A stretch of DNA of 64,000 nucleotides, taken from contig CAILUT010000005.1 of the NCBI GenBank assembly GCA_903837495.1, positions 43,782 to 107,781 of the forward strand, given 5' to 3'. The notes under the pieces were generated by a model. It did not search any database. It was not told the origin of the DNA and worked only from the letters and a program-made list of their open reading frames with translations. The translations under genes were made by a program, and so were the position numbers. The stretch is from an uncultured Flavobacteriales bacterium. GTDB lineage: Bacteria; Bacteroidota; Bacteroidia; CAIKAF01. Below are positions 47,225-57,227 of this stretch, piece after piece. Every line of letters begins with the position of its first letter. The first letter of the stretch is position 1.

Positions 47225-50044
47225 ATGCCCAGGCGTCTTGCCCTGCTCTTTTTGAGCCTGTCTTGGCTGTGCATTTCTGAACAACTAAAGGCTCAGTCCT
47301 CTGTGGTTTCTGGCTTGGTGCTCGATTCCATTACCGGCGAACCCCTGCTGGGCGCCGCCGTCATTTACGCTCCAGGCAAGGGGGTTACGGCCGACCTAGA
47401 AGGGCGTTTTCGAATCAGCCTAGCCCCCGGAAACTACAACCTTGAAGTACGGTTCATGGGCTACGAATCGAAGCGGTTTTCCCTAACCCTGCCCCGCAAA
47501 AACGAGGAACTGCTGCTAAGGCTCTCGGCCTCGAAAGGCCATTCCCTCGAAGAGTTCCAACTGGTTTCTGATCAGGCCAAGCCGCGTGAAACCCCCGTGG
47601 CCTACAGCAATGTATCGGCCCAACAAATCACCGAGAAACTGGGCGGGCAAGATTTGCCCATGCTGCTGAACGCAACTCCCGGCGTGTATGCCACCCAACA
47701 AGGCGGCGGCGACGGCGATGCCCGCATCAGCATCCGCGGATTCAACTCCCAAAACGTGCTGGTTATGGTGGACGGAGTACCCATGAACGACATGTTCAAC
47801 GGCAGGGTGTTTTGGACCAACTGGTTTGGACTGGATCAAATGACCCAAACCGTGCAGGTGCAACGGGGGTTGGGAGCATCAAAACTGGCCATTCCCGCCA
47901 TTGGAGGCACCATGAACGTGATGACCAAGGGCATTCAAATGAACAAAAGCCTGAGCATCAAACAAGAAGTAGGGAACGACCACAACTACCGAACCGTGGT
48001 GTCGGGATCAACCGGCAGGCTAAAAGGCGATTGGAGCATGCAAGCTGCCCTTTCGTACCGCTCAAACCAAGGTTGGGTCGAAGGTTTGTCTTCAAGCATG
48101 TTTTTCTACTTTTTTAAACTGAACAAAGAGTTTAAGAACCACGCCTTTTCCTTGTCGGCTTTCGGCGCCCCCCAAGAAAGTGGGCAACGGAGTTTTTTGT
48201 ATGCCCAAAGTATAGAACAGATTGACCGAAATTTGGCGGGCTCGCTGGGCATCGACACCGGATTGGTTGCCACGCGCGGAAACCGCTTTTATTTTGGCTG
48301 GAACAACCTGGTGCGCACCCGCAGCGGAAACCGCAGCGCAGATTCGTTGTATGCCAAAGGCGAAATTAGCCTGAGCGAACACATGGCGCAAAACAACCTG
48401 AACAGCGAAAAATACACCACCACGGTGAATGGATTTCATAAACCGGTGGTTACCTTTCAACACAGCTGGAAGGCCGCTAAAAACTGGTATGTGAAAAATA
48501 CAGCCTATGCCAGCTTCGGATCGGGCGGGGGGACAAGCGCTGTGGACGGCGGCGGCTCAACCGTTTCTTTTGGTTCGGCCGATTCCTTAACAGGTCGAAT
48601 CAACCTTCAAGCGCGGTATGATGCGAACATTAGTGGCTTGGCCCAGGGCCAAACCACCTTAACCAGCAGTACTATCATCCGTAAAGACCACAACGACCAT
48701 TCTTGGTATGGTTTTTTAAGCACGTTTGAAGGCAAATTGCCCTTGGGCATGACGCTGTCGGGCGGCATTGACGGGCGCTACTACAACGGCCGGGTGTACA
48801 GCACCGTTTGGGATTTGCTGGGCGGCGATCAATACAAGCAGCAAGGTCAACCCAACCAAAACAGACAGGCAAACGCCTTGTTGGGTTTGGGCGACACCCT
48901 TCGGCAGCACATTGAACGCGATATTTTGTGGGGCGGGGCCTTTACAATGCTGGAATACACCGGCGAAAAATGGACGGCCTTCGTAAACCTGAGTGGATCC
49001 CTGAGCGGCTACAAACAATACAACCATTTTCTAAAAAAACAGCTGCAGCTGGGCGATACCGTTCTAAACATAGGCTACAACGACACCCTGAACTACCAAG
49101 GCAACACCTACACCCGCGGCAGCCAAGGCCTGCGCTCCAACGCTTCCGACCAAGTTTGGGCCTTTGGCTACACCGCCAAAGCAGGCCTAAACCACAACCT
49201 AAACAAGCACCACAACATCTACGGAAACCTGGGCTATTTTAGCCGGGTGCCCTATTTCACGTTTTTGATTACCACGGGCAACCGCCTGGTTAAAGAGACC
49301 TTGAACGAAGAGCTGTACAGCGGAGAATTGGGCTACGGCTACCGAAGCAAGCACTTTGCCCTGCAAGCCAACGCCTATTATACGCTGTGGAACAACAAGC
49401 CGACGGCGGTTTCGTTCACCGTTGACGGAGAATCGGTGCGCGCCCTGGCCAGCAACATGGGCGCCCGGCACATGGGCCTTGAAATTGATTTTAACTGGAA
49501 ACCCTGGAAGTTTTTAAGCGTAGATGGCATGGCCTCTTGGGGCGATTGGATTTGGAACCGGCAGGCCCAAGCCCAAATTTTAGACGAAAACGACGAGTTG
49601 GCCGGAGAAATTGCCTTTGACCCCCGCGGAGTGAAGGTGGGCGACGCCGCCCAGCACAGCTACTCCATCAGCACCCGCTGGATGCCAACCAAAGGACTGT
49701 ATGTTATGCCTGAATTTCAATACTTTAGCCACAACTACGCCAATTTTGATCCTTCAACCTACCAAATTACCGATTTGGCCACTGGCTACGGTCCCAACCT
49801 GGGCCGGCAGGCTTGGAGGCTGCCCGATTACTACCAGCTGAACCTGTATGCGGGCTATCATTTTTACTTGAAAGACCGCCGCATTGACCTGCGCGGCAGC
49901 CTGCTTAACCTGACCGATTTGTCGTACATCAGCGATGCTTCCGACAACAATATGACCAATGCCGACACGTTCAACGCCGCTTCCGCTTCGGTGTACGCCG
50001 GCCTAGGTTTTCGTTGGATGTTCTCGGTAACCGCTACGTTTTAA
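47225..50044 (+). CDS. TonB-dependent receptor with N-terminal carboxypeptidase-regulatory-like domain
   Basis: Signal peptide, CarbopepD_reg (VSGLVLDSITGEPLLGAAVIY), plug domain (NATPGVY...DGVPMND), 22-strand barrel, terminal aromatic F. Confidence 0.85.
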   Translation: MPRRLALLFLSLSWLCISEQLKAQSSVVSGLVLDSITGEPLLGAAVIYAPGKGVTADLEGRFRISLAPGNYNLEVRFMGYESKRFSLTLPRKNEELLLRLSASKGHSLEEFQLVSDQAKPRETPVAYSNVSAQQITEKLGGQDLPMLLNATPGVYATQQGGGDGDARISIRGFNSQNVLVMVDGVPMNDMFNGRVFWTNWFGLDQMTQTVQVQRGLGASKLAIPAIGGTMNVMTKGIQMNKSLSIKQEVGNDHNYRTVVSGSTGRLKGDWSMQAALSYRSNQGWVEGLSSSMFFYFFKLNKEFKNHAFSLSAFGAPQESGQRSFLYAQSIEQIDRNLAGSLGIDTGLVATRGNRFYFGWNNLVRTRSGNRSADSLYAKGEISLSEHMAQNNLNSEKYTTTVNGFHKPVVTFQHSWKAAKNWYVKNTAYASFGSGGGTSAVDGGGSTVSFGSADSLTGRINLQARYDANISGLAQGQTTLTSSTIIRKDHNDHSWYGFLSTFEGKLPLGMTLSGGIDGRYYNGRVYSTVWDLLGGDQYKQQGQPNQNRQANALLGLGDTLRQHIERDILWGGAFTMLEYTGEKWTAFVNLSGSLSGYKQYNHFLKKQLQLGDTVLNIGYNDTLNYQGNTYTRGSQGLRSNASDQVWAFGYTAKAGLNHNLNKHHNIYGNLGYFSRVPYFTFLITTGNRLVKETLNEELYSGELGYGYRSKHFALQANAYYTLWNNKPTAVSFTVDGESVRALASNMGARHMGLEIDFNWKPWKFLSVDGMASWGDWIWNRQAQAQILDENDELAGEIAFDPRGVKVGDAAQHSYSISTRWMPTKGLYVMPEFQYFSHNYANFDPSTYQITDLATGYGPNLGRQAWRLPDYYQLNLYAGYHFYLKDRRIDLRGSLLNLTDLSYISDASDNNMTNADTFNAASASVYAGLGFRWMFSVTATF

Positions 50045-50047
50045 GCC

Positions 50048-50485
50048 ATGAAAAATCTCACCCTTTTCCTGCTGTCGGTGCTGCTGGCTTCGGCTTGTTC
50101 ACCAGAAGATATGGCCCTGGAGAAATTGCAAGGCCGCTGGCAGGCGCAAAGCTTGTCGCATCCGGATTCTGTTTGGCTAAAGCGGTTCGACACATGCGGG
50201 ATTGAGCTGGTATTCTTTCCCTGCGCCCAGCCGTACACGGCGACCTGTTCCCTGCAAATCCGCGAGCAAGGGCAGGGCGGATACCTGTCGGTGGACACGC
50301 TAAAGTACACGATTAAAGGCGATGAGCTGGCCTTTGTGAATGAGGCCTCAAAACCTAAGTTGCTGTATTTTAACAGCTTACTTCGGCTTCGCCGGTTTCG
50401 TTGGAGCTTAGCCACCGAATCGCAGTTGGAATGGGCACGCATTGACGCCACGGTGGTTGAATTTCGGTTTCAACGCATAGATTAG
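50048..50485 (+). CDS. hypothetical lipoprotein
   Basis: MKNLTLFLLSVLLASACSP lipobox. 145 aa. Immediately downstream of the TBDR. Confidence 0.5.
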   Translation: MKNLTLFLLSVLLASACSPEDMALEKLQGRWQAQSLSHPDSVWLKRFDTCGIELVFFPCAQPYTATCSLQIREQGQGGYLSVDTLKYTIKGDELAFVNEASKPKLLYFNSLLRLRRFRWSLATESQLEWARIDATVVEFRFQRID

Positions 50486-50492
50486 GGAATTT

Positions 50493-50634
50493 GGGCGGCT
50501 GCGGGCTTTCACCGGTAGTCCTCGGTTGCCGGTGGCTGGCCCAGCGGGTTTGCGGGGGCTCCTAACGTCGCCTCCGCACCACGCGGGCCAGGCACCGCCA
50601 CCCTGTGGGCTACCTGGTTCAATCCCTGCCGCAG
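50493..50634 (-). repeat. GC-rich nested-hairpin intergenic element, copy D (inverted orientation)
   Basis: GGGCGGCTGCGGGCTTTC...GGCTCCTAACGTCGCCTCCGC...GGTTCAATCCCTGCCGC. Confidence 0.7.
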
Positions 50635-50863
50635 CGGCCTCCATTGAAACGTGTTTTCTGTTCCATTGTTTGCCTCAAACCGCAGCAGCTCGACGGCCTA
50701 CATTTTAGGCCTTTCACCCACTTTGGGCCGCTGGACATACCTGGGGGGCCTTTTGCCCATCGGCTTTTCTTGTGCATGCCATCCGATTGAACAAAAAAAC
50801 ACGCATTCCACTTTGGGAATCAAATAAATTACAATAATTTAACACTCGGTTTTCAATCCCAAT

Positions 50864-51727
50864 ATGCCGAACGCACCCATCCGCTTATTTGTTCCGAACT
50901 ATTTTTACAAGGTCGGTTTGGAGCGCATGCTCAAGGTTCGCCTTGATGGACTGGCATTGCCCATTTGCATAAACCACGCTCTTGGCATGGATTTGCCCGG
51001 GGCAGATGGTTTTTTGGCGGGGGTTGAAGCGTTGCATCGGGGCGACATTGATGTGTTGGCTTGCAGCGGCAGGCACCTTCCTTTGCGTTTGCCGGCCGGA
51101 TTAAACATTGCTGGGGCCCTGTTTGGAAGCTCTCGGAACATGGCCGTTACAGGGAGTTCTTGCGAGCCCGACTTCTTTTATTGCAGCGATTTAACAGGCA
51201 CAATTGCCTACCAAAATGCGTACCCTGCCGCCATTCGCTTGGGCGGCTACAACCCTGCCCCCAAAGCGGGAACGGGCGTGTCAGCACATCGATTGCTAAG
51301 CCAGTCGGAATTGGATTTAACCGGCGTTTCTGAAAGCCAATACCGCGTGCTCCGTTGGATGGTACCTCACCCTGGGGCCGGATTGTGGGTTCTGTTAACC
51401 CTGAAAAAACGGGTTGAAAAAAAATGGCCCCTTCTTGCCATTTCCGATCCCTTAGCCTTGTTGGTGCTTAAAATGGAGCGGAAAATTGCCCGTTACCTCG
51501 AAAAAAAACATCGGTTGTATTCAGGGGTGCAACTCATTCCCGATTCCAAAGGAAACCGCATGAGTTTGCGGGTTTGCATTCCCGGCAGAGAATCCCAGAA
51601 ATCCTTTCATTACACCAACAGCATTCCATTTCGGCATTCCGATAAATGGGTGGCGCTAGCCTTAGAAGAAATGGAAGTGTTGGGCGTTCACAAGCACACC
51701 CGAAGGGCGTTTGTTCATTATTCTTAA
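50864..51727 (+). CDS. hypothetical protein with faint resemblance to hydroxymethylbilane synthase (HemC) domains 1-2
   Basis: IRLFVP...ALHRGDIDVLACSGRHLPLRLPAGLNIAGAL parallels HemC IRIATR...ALL.GE.DIAVHSLKD.P..LP.GL. Known HemC substrate/cofactor Arg/Lys residues are not evident. Confidence 0.35.
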   Translation: MPNAPIRLFVPNYFYKVGLERMLKVRLDGLALPICINHALGMDLPGADGFLAGVEALHRGDIDVLACSGRHLPLRLPAGLNIAGALFGSSRNMAVTGSSCEPDFFYCSDLTGTIAYQNAYPAAIRLGGYNPAPKAGTGVSAHRLLSQSELDLTGVSESQYRVLRWMVPHPGAGLWVLLTLKKRVEKKWPLLAISDPLALLVLKMERKIARYLEKKHRLYSGVQLIPDSKGNRMSLRVCIPGRESQKSFHYTNSIPFRHSDKWVALALEEMEVLGVHKHTRRAFVHYS

Positions 51728-51745
51728 GCATCCCATCTTTGCGGG

Positions 51746-52621
51746 ATGAAAGCTGCGGTTTGGGCTCTGCTCGTGGTTAATTTATTGTACGGCATCAACT
51801 ATGGAGTGGCCAAGTCGATCATGCCCGAACCCCTGCATCCTACCGGAATCATTTTTATGCGCTCGGCCGGAGCCCTTCTCCTATTTTGGATTGTTGCCCT
51901 AAGCCGCCCCATGGAACGCATTCAAAAAGGCGATTGGCTCCGGCTGCTTCTATGTGCTCTGTTTGGTGTTATGCTGAACCAAACCTTGTTTTTTGAAGGG
52001 CTTAACCGAAGCAATCCCATTGAATCTGCCTTGGTAATGACCGTCAGCCCTGTGTTGGTGTTTTTGTTTTCAGCGCATGCCGGATTGGAGAAGATGCAAA
52101 AAACAACTTGGGCAGGAATTCTGCTGAGCGGTGGCGGGGCTGCGGCCCTAATCCTTCATCGGCAAGAAGGCCTGGTATTTTCGCAAAGCAGTGGATTTGG
52201 GAATTTATTGATTTTCATCAACGCCGCCTCATTCGCCCTTTTTTTGGTTTTAGTTAAACCCTTAATGCAAAAATACAGTCCCATAACGGTTATGGCTTGG
52301 GTATTCACCTTTGGCATGCCCATGACAGCGGTGTTGGGCATTCCCGATTTGGCGGCAACCCCGTTGTTGGAACTTCCTGCAGGGGTTTGGTGGGCCGTTG
52401 CCTATGTGGTTATAGGCGTTACTTTTATAGCCTACCTACTGAATGTTTTTGCATTAAAACGGGTAAATGCAAGTTTGGTAAGCGCATTTATTTATTTGCA
52501 GCCGGTTGTGGCGGGCATGTTGCAAGCGTTTGGCGGGAAACTTGACTTTTCTTGGACCTTGGCTTGGTCCTGCGCAGCGGTATGTATAGGCCTATTTTTG
52601 GTAGGTAGAGCATCCAAATAA
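51746..52621 (+). CDS. DMT superfamily (EamA-like) transporter
   Basis: 10 TM helices, two EamA half-domains. 291 aa. Confidence 0.8.
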   Translation: MKAAVWALLVVNLLYGINYGVAKSIMPEPLHPTGIIFMRSAGALLLFWIVALSRPMERIQKGDWLRLLLCALFGVMLNQTLFFEGLNRSNPIESALVMTVSPVLVFLFSAHAGLEKMQKTTWAGILLSGGGAAALILHRQEGLVFSQSSGFGNLLIFINAASFALFLVLVKPLMQKYSPITVMAWVFTFGMPMTAVLGIPDLAATPLLELPAGVWWAVAYVVIGVTFIAYLLNVFALKRVNASLVSAFIYLQPVVAGMLQAFGGKLDFSWTLAWSCAAVCIGLFLVGRASK

Positions 52622-52698
52622 CCGCAGCAGCACTTCCGTTTTAAATAGGCCTATTTTTGGTAGGTAGAGCATCCAAATAACCGCAGCAGCACTTCCTT
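52594..52698 (+). repeat. tandem direct duplication (2 x about 52 bp) of the EamA gene 3' end including its stop codon
   Basis: AGGCCTATTTTTGGTAGGTAGAGCATCCAAATAACCGCAGCAGCACTTCC appears twice in tandem. Confidence 0.75.
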
Positions 52699-52736
52699 TT
52701 TAAAATGGGACTGCATCAAAACAACGGTGCGGTGAG

Positions 52737-52879
52737 CGGCAGGGATTGAGCAGGGTTGCCCGCAAGGGTGCTGACAGGGGGCCCGCGCGGCGCGGAGGCG
52801 ACAGCAGGAGCCCCCGCAAGCCCGCTGGGCCCGCTGTCAGCAACCGCGGACTACCAGCGAAAGCCCGCCTGCCGCCCCC
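52737..52879 (+). repeat. GC-rich nested-hairpin intergenic element, copy E
   Basis: GCGGCAGGGATTGAGCAGGGTTGCCCGCAAGG...GCGCGGAGGCGACAGCAGGAGCCCCCGCAAGCCCGCTGGG...GAAAGCCCGCCTGCCGCCCCC. Stem CTGACAG/CTGTCAG. Confidence 0.7.
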
Positions 52880-53001
52880 ATTAAAACCAAACAATGGCCC
52901 TGAAAACAGAACGGATCGGTTCAAAAATAAGCCGAGGGCAGGCAGCCTATTTTTAAACGTCGCCGCTTTGCCTGTTTTTCAGGAACTGTTTGACCCTGCA
53001 T

Positions 53002-53358
53002 TTAGGGACGGTCGTGAACCAAGGAAAACTGCAACTGCCCCCGAGCCGAAGTGAGCCCCAAATCGTAGCAAAAATACCGGAGCTCGCCCTCGTTCGCCAC
53101 CACCACTTGAGTGGCATATCCAAACTCAAACCCCATCGTTTCAAGTTCTTGCTTGCTGGCTTGAGCCCGACCGGCCTCGAACAATTGCTTCAAAATCTTT
53201 CGGTTTTGCTTTATTATCCGATCAATCTTCCGAAACTCCTTCCGCTCCCGCAACTGAACCCGATTGAAAAAGGAACACCGACACGCATCCGTACAAAATT
53301 TCTTGTCAATTCGGCCCTCTAAGGGCTCTTTACATACCTTGCAGTAGCTTTTCTTCAT
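53002..53358 (-). CDS. hypothetical small protein with N-terminal CxxC...CxxxC zinc-ribbon-like motif
   Basis: MKKSYCKVCKEPLEGRIDKKFCTDACRCSF... Basic, about 118 aa. Confidence 0.4.
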   Translation of the reverse strand: MKKSYCKVCKEPLEGRIDKKFCTDACRCSFFNRVQLRERKEFRKIDRIIKQNRKILKQLFEAGRAQASKQELETMGFEFGYATQVVVANEGELRYFCYDLGLTSARGQLQFSLVHDRP

Positions 53359-53563
53359 AGGCACCCCAAATGTTAATGTTTCCCAAATGAAAGATACATG
53401 CTCCTAAAAAAAGGCGCAAGGCTTTTTGTTAAAAATACCCTATTTTTTTTATCAACATCGTGTTAATTCCTTGACATTCAATTTATTATCTGCCCTCCTC
53501 CCAATTCGGGTAACTTCTATTTTTCCGTGTTTTTGCCCCTCAATATAATTCCAATTGCCTATG

Positions 53564-53571
53564 TACCTTTG
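53564..53571 (+). promoter_or_regulatory. Bacteroidetes -7 box TACCTTTG upstream of the DUF5686-lptB operon
   Basis: Exact TAnnTTTG about 80 bp upstream of ATG 53651. Confidence 0.3.
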
Positions 53572-53650
53572 CAAAGCCAATGCCCGTATTTTTGAAAACT
53601 TTATTGCGTCCTTTGCACCGGTGTTTTGTTCGCCACTTTAACTGCATAGA

Positions 53651-56230
53651 ATGAGTTTTCGTTTGCTTTTTCTTCTGCTCTTTGCCTTGCCCGGGTTGGC
53701 TAAAAGCCAAACCACCGTGGTTCGTGGAATGGTGTACGATGGCGACCCCTCGGTCGCAAAAAAAACGCCCTTAATCGGCGCCAATGTTTTGCTTAAAGGA
53801 ACACAAATAGGTGCGATTACCGATTTAGAAGGGCGGTTTGAACTAAAAACCGACCAAAAGCCCAGCTATGTTCGCATTCAAATGCTGAACTACGCCGACA
53901 CCCTGATTAAAATTCGGCCAGGAACCGTAAACGATGTCAAAATCACCTTGCCAATGACCGGCATTTCCATCAAGGAATTTAATTTTAAGTACAAACGAAC
54001 CCGCAACCCCGCGCTGGTGGTTATTGATTCGGTAAAAAAATACCGCCGCGAAAACGACCCCTTTCGCTTTGAAAGCGTTGAAGCTACGGTTTACGTTAAA
54101 AACAAACTGGACGCCTACAACCTGCCCGAAAAAATACGAAAATCCAAGGTGGGTAAAATTTTCCAGTCATTCTACGACCTCGGATACCAAGACACCCTGC
54201 GCGGCGACACCAATGTGTACTACCCCTTTATGCTCATCGAAATGGTTTCAAACATCCACCGAAAACGTGGATTCTCCATCCGAGAGGTCATTCACAAATT
54301 TGAAATTACCGGAGTTGAAAACGACAACTTCGCCACCATGCTGGGCGCCACCTTCCAAAACTTCAATTTTTACGACGACAACCAACTGATTCTTGGAAAA
54401 AACTTTGTAGGCCCCCTGTCGCCCTTCGGCTCGGCATACTACAAATACGTTTTGGAAGATTCGTTGATGATTGGCAACATGCGCTGCTACGAAATTTCGT
54501 TCCGCCCCCTCGAGGCCGTTCCCCGCGAAATGGTGTACGACGGTAAAATGTGGGTGCACGACAAAACCTGGGGCGTGCGCAAAGTAGAACTAAAAATGAA
54601 CCGAAAAGCCAATGTGAATTTCATCGCCGGCTTCCGCATCAGCCAAGAATTTGAACTCGACAGCGCCAACCAAACCTGGATCCTACGCCAAGACAACGCA
54701 TCGCTCGACATCAACCCCAAAGATTTCGTGGATTTTACCCTGAACATCGGCGACAAAGACACCAACTACCAAATTGTACTGCACCGAACCCGGCACTTTA
54801 AAAACTACATTTACAACCAACCGCCCTCTTCCATTTTTCCTACTCCAGGGGCCGAGGTTACCATCTTAAACAATGTGCACAAAAGCAAAGCCGAGTGGGA
54901 TTCCCTACGCCCCATTGCCCTGAGCGGCTCGGAAGGAAAAATCGACAGCATTACCGAAGACCTGAAGAAAAACACCATTTTTCGTTCCCTGTACCGAATC
55001 GGCGATTTGGTGGCCTCTGGATTTTGGAACTTCGGTTGGGTTGGCATTGGCCCCATTTATGAACTCTGGTCTATGAACGAAATCGAAGGCCACCGCATCA
55101 AATTCGGCGGACGCACCTCCGATTCCATTTCCCGGCGGTTCTTCCTTGAATCCCACATCATTTACGGCACCCTTGACCAACGGTTCAAATGGGATTTCTC
55201 GGGCATTTACCACATAAACAAAGACAAAGACCCCTGGCGGATGATTGGCTGGAAATTCCGGCAAGACATCGAACAATTGGGCCTGTCCACCAACCAATGG
55301 CGCCCCGACAACCTGCTGGGCACTTTCCTTCGCCGCCGCCGCCTGGCCGACCTTTCGTACATCGACGAAGGATTTGTTTACTATGAACACGATTGGTTTA
55401 CCGGACTAAACAGCAAAATCACCGTCAACTGGATGCGCGTGTACGACACCGGAACCCTGCGCTTCGGCTTGCTCGACCCCCAAAATCAAATCAACGCCTA
55501 CCTTCCCAATTTCGCCCGGGCCGAAATACGCCTAGAAACCGAATTCGCCTATGGCCAACAATGGCTGCGCGGCCGAGTAAAACGCCGGCCCTTGCGCGGA
55601 GAATATCCCGTCGTAAAACTGGAATATACCTTGGGAGTAAGCGGAGTTCTTGGCTCCGATTACAACTACCACGCCTTACGCTGCTCCATCGCCGACCGCT
55701 TCCGCATTCGCCCATTGGGATATACCGATTGGGAAATCAGAGCCGGTAAAATCTTCGGGCAAATCCCCTACCCACTCATGGAAATCCACCTGGGCAACGA
55801 CACCTATATGCTCGACCGCTTTGGGTTTAACCTGATGAATTATTTTGAATTTGTGAGCGACCAATGGGTTACGGTTCGATTTGAACACTTTTTTGATGGG
55901 TTGTTCTTCAATAAAATCCCCGGACTGCGCAAACTAAAGTGGCGCGAAACCATCGGAGTTCGTGCCGCCCTAGGCAGCATCAGCTCTGAAAACCGACAAT
56001 ACATGGCCCTGCCCCCAAACACCTACGAACTGGTGGATCAACGCACTGGCAACATCATGCCTTACGTTGAAATGAACGTAGGCATCGAAAACATTTTTAA
56101 TCTCCTTCGCTTCGATTTCCACTACCGATTTACCCACCAAAATGGGCCAGACCCCCTAAATCCAGGCAAAGACCTGTACCCCGGTGCTCCAAATTGGGGC
56201 ATTACCGCTCAAATTTCAGTAAAGCTGTAG
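53651..56230 (+). CDS. DUF5686 + carboxypeptidase-regulatory-like domain protein (Bacteroidota outer-membrane associated)
   Basis: Signal peptide. N-terminal CarbopepD_reg ([42 protein letters not shown]). About 860 aa with the DUF5686 architecture. Immediately precedes lptB. Confidence 0.65.
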   Translation: MSFRLLFLLLFALPGLAKSQTTVVRGMVYDGDPSVAKKTPLIGANVLLKGTQIGAITDLEGRFELKTDQKPSYVRIQMLNYADTLIKIRPGTVNDVKITLPMTGISIKEFNFKYKRTRNPALVVIDSVKKYRRENDPFRFESVEATVYVKNKLDAYNLPEKIRKSKVGKIFQSFYDLGYQDTLRGDTNVYYPFMLIEMVSNIHRKRGFSIREVIHKFEITGVENDNFATMLGATFQNFNFYDDNQLILGKNFVGPLSPFGSAYYKYVLEDSLMIGNMRCYEISFRPLEAVPREMVYDGKMWVHDKTWGVRKVELKMNRKANVNFIAGFRISQEFELDSANQTWILRQDNASLDINPKDFVDFTLNIGDKDTNYQIVLHRTRHFKNYIYNQPPSSIFPTPGAEVTILNNVHKSKAEWDSLRPIALSGSEGKIDSITEDLKKNTIFRSLYRIGDLVASGFWNFGWVGIGPIYELWSMNEIEGHRIKFGGRTSDSISRRFFLESHIIYGTLDQRFKWDFSGIYHINKDKDPWRMIGWKFRQDIEQLGLSTNQWRPDNLLGTFLRRRRLADLSYIDEGFVYYEHDWFTGLNSKITVNWMRVYDTGTLRFGLLDPQNQINAYLPNFARAEIRLETEFAYGQQWLRGRVKRRPLRGEYPVVKLEYTLGVSGVLGSDYNYHALRCSIADRFRIRPLGYTDWEIRAGKIFGQIPYPLMEIHLGNDTYMLDRFGFNLMNYFEFVSDQWVTVRFEHFFDGLFFNKIPGLRKLKWRETIGVRAALGSISSENRQYMALPPNTYELVDQRTGNIMPYVEMNVGIENIFNLLRFDFHYRFTHQNGPDPLNPGKDLYPGAPNWGITAQISVKL

Positions 56231-56232
56231 CG

Positions 56233-56973
56233 ATGGAGCTGAGAACCGAAAATTTAGAAAAGTCCTACCGCGGCCGATCCGTGGTAAACCAAGTCAGCAT
56301 TCATCTGAATCAAGGCGAAATTGTAGGCCTGCTAGGCCCCAACGGGGCAGGAAAAACCACCACTTTCTATATGGTTACGGGCATGATTGCCCCCGATGCC
56401 GGCCGCATTTTTTTGAACAACCAAGACATCACCGGCTTGCCTATGTACCAGCGCGCCCGCCGCGGCATTGGCTACCTGCCGCAAGAGGCTTCCGTTTTTC
56501 GAGGACTCAGCGTCGAAGACAACATCTTGGCCGTTTTAGAACACCTGCCGCTCAGCAAAGCCGAACAACGCGAGCGCTGCGAAACCTTGCTGCACGAATT
56601 TGGACTGAACCGCGTACGCAAAACCAAAGGCAATTTGCTTTCGGGGGGCGAACGGCGCCGCACCGAAATCGCTAGGGCCCTCGCCACAAACCCCGGATTC
56701 ATTCTCCTAGACGAACCCTTCGCCGGCGTGGACCCCATCGCGGTCGAAGACATCCAATCCATTGTGTTTGCCCTAAAAGAACGCAACATCGGCATTCTCA
56801 TCACCGACCACAACGTGCAAGAAACACTATCCATCACCGACCGTGCATACTTGCTCTTCGAAGGCAAAATCCTAAAAGCCGGCAGCGCCAGCGAATTGGC
56901 CGAAGACGAGCAGGTCCGCCGCGTTTACCTTGGCCAAAATTTCGTGCTCAGCCCACGCAATCCACGGACTTAA
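56233..56973 (+). CDS. lptB: LPS export ABC transporter ATP-binding protein
   Basis: Walker [15 protein letters not shown] signature LSGGERRR, Walker [13 protein letters not shown]. 246 aa. Confidence 0.9.
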   Translation: MELRTENLEKSYRGRSVVNQVSIHLNQGEIVGLLGPNGAGKTTTFYMVTGMIAPDAGRIFLNNQDITGLPMYQRARRGIGYLPQEASVFRGLSVEDNILAVLEHLPLSKAEQRERCETLLHEFGLNRVRKTKGNLLSGGERRRTEIARALATNPGFILLDEPFAGVDPIAVEDIQSIVFALKERNIGILITDHNVQETLSITDRAYLLFEGKILKAGSASELAEDEQVRRVYLGQNFVLSPRNPRT

Positions 56974-57005
56974 TTCCCTTTTTTTTCTTTCTCTTTTGGG
57001 GGGCG

Positions 57006-57134
57006 GTTGCGGGCTTTCACAGGTTGTCCGCGGTTGCCGGGCATTGCCCCAGCGGGCTTGCGGGGGCTCCTAAAGTCGCCTCCGCGCCACGCGGGGCAAG
57101 CCCCGCCACCCTTGCGGGCAACCCGGTTCAATCC
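57006..57134 (-). repeat. GC-rich nested-hairpin intergenic element, copy F (inverted orientation)
   Basis: GGGGGGCGGTTGCGGGCTTTC...GGCTCCTAAAGTCGCCTCCGC...GGTTCAATCCCTACCGC. Confidence 0.7.
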
Positions 57135-57189
57135 CTACCGCAGGCCACCCAACCCCTTTCTACTCAAAATTTAAAAAATAGGCCTTTTG

Positions 57190-57225
57190 CCCTTGACAAG
57201 TTAAAACCGCCCCCGTACCTTTGCA
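57190..57225 (+). promoter_or_regulatory. strong Bacteroidetes-type promoter (-33 TTG ... 20 bp ... -7 TACCTTTG) with no protein-coding gene downstream
   Basis: TTGACAAGTTAAAACCGCCCCCGTACCTTTGCATATC matches the TTTG-N19-21-TAnnTTTG architecture. Confidence 0.45.
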
Positions 57226-57227
57226 TA

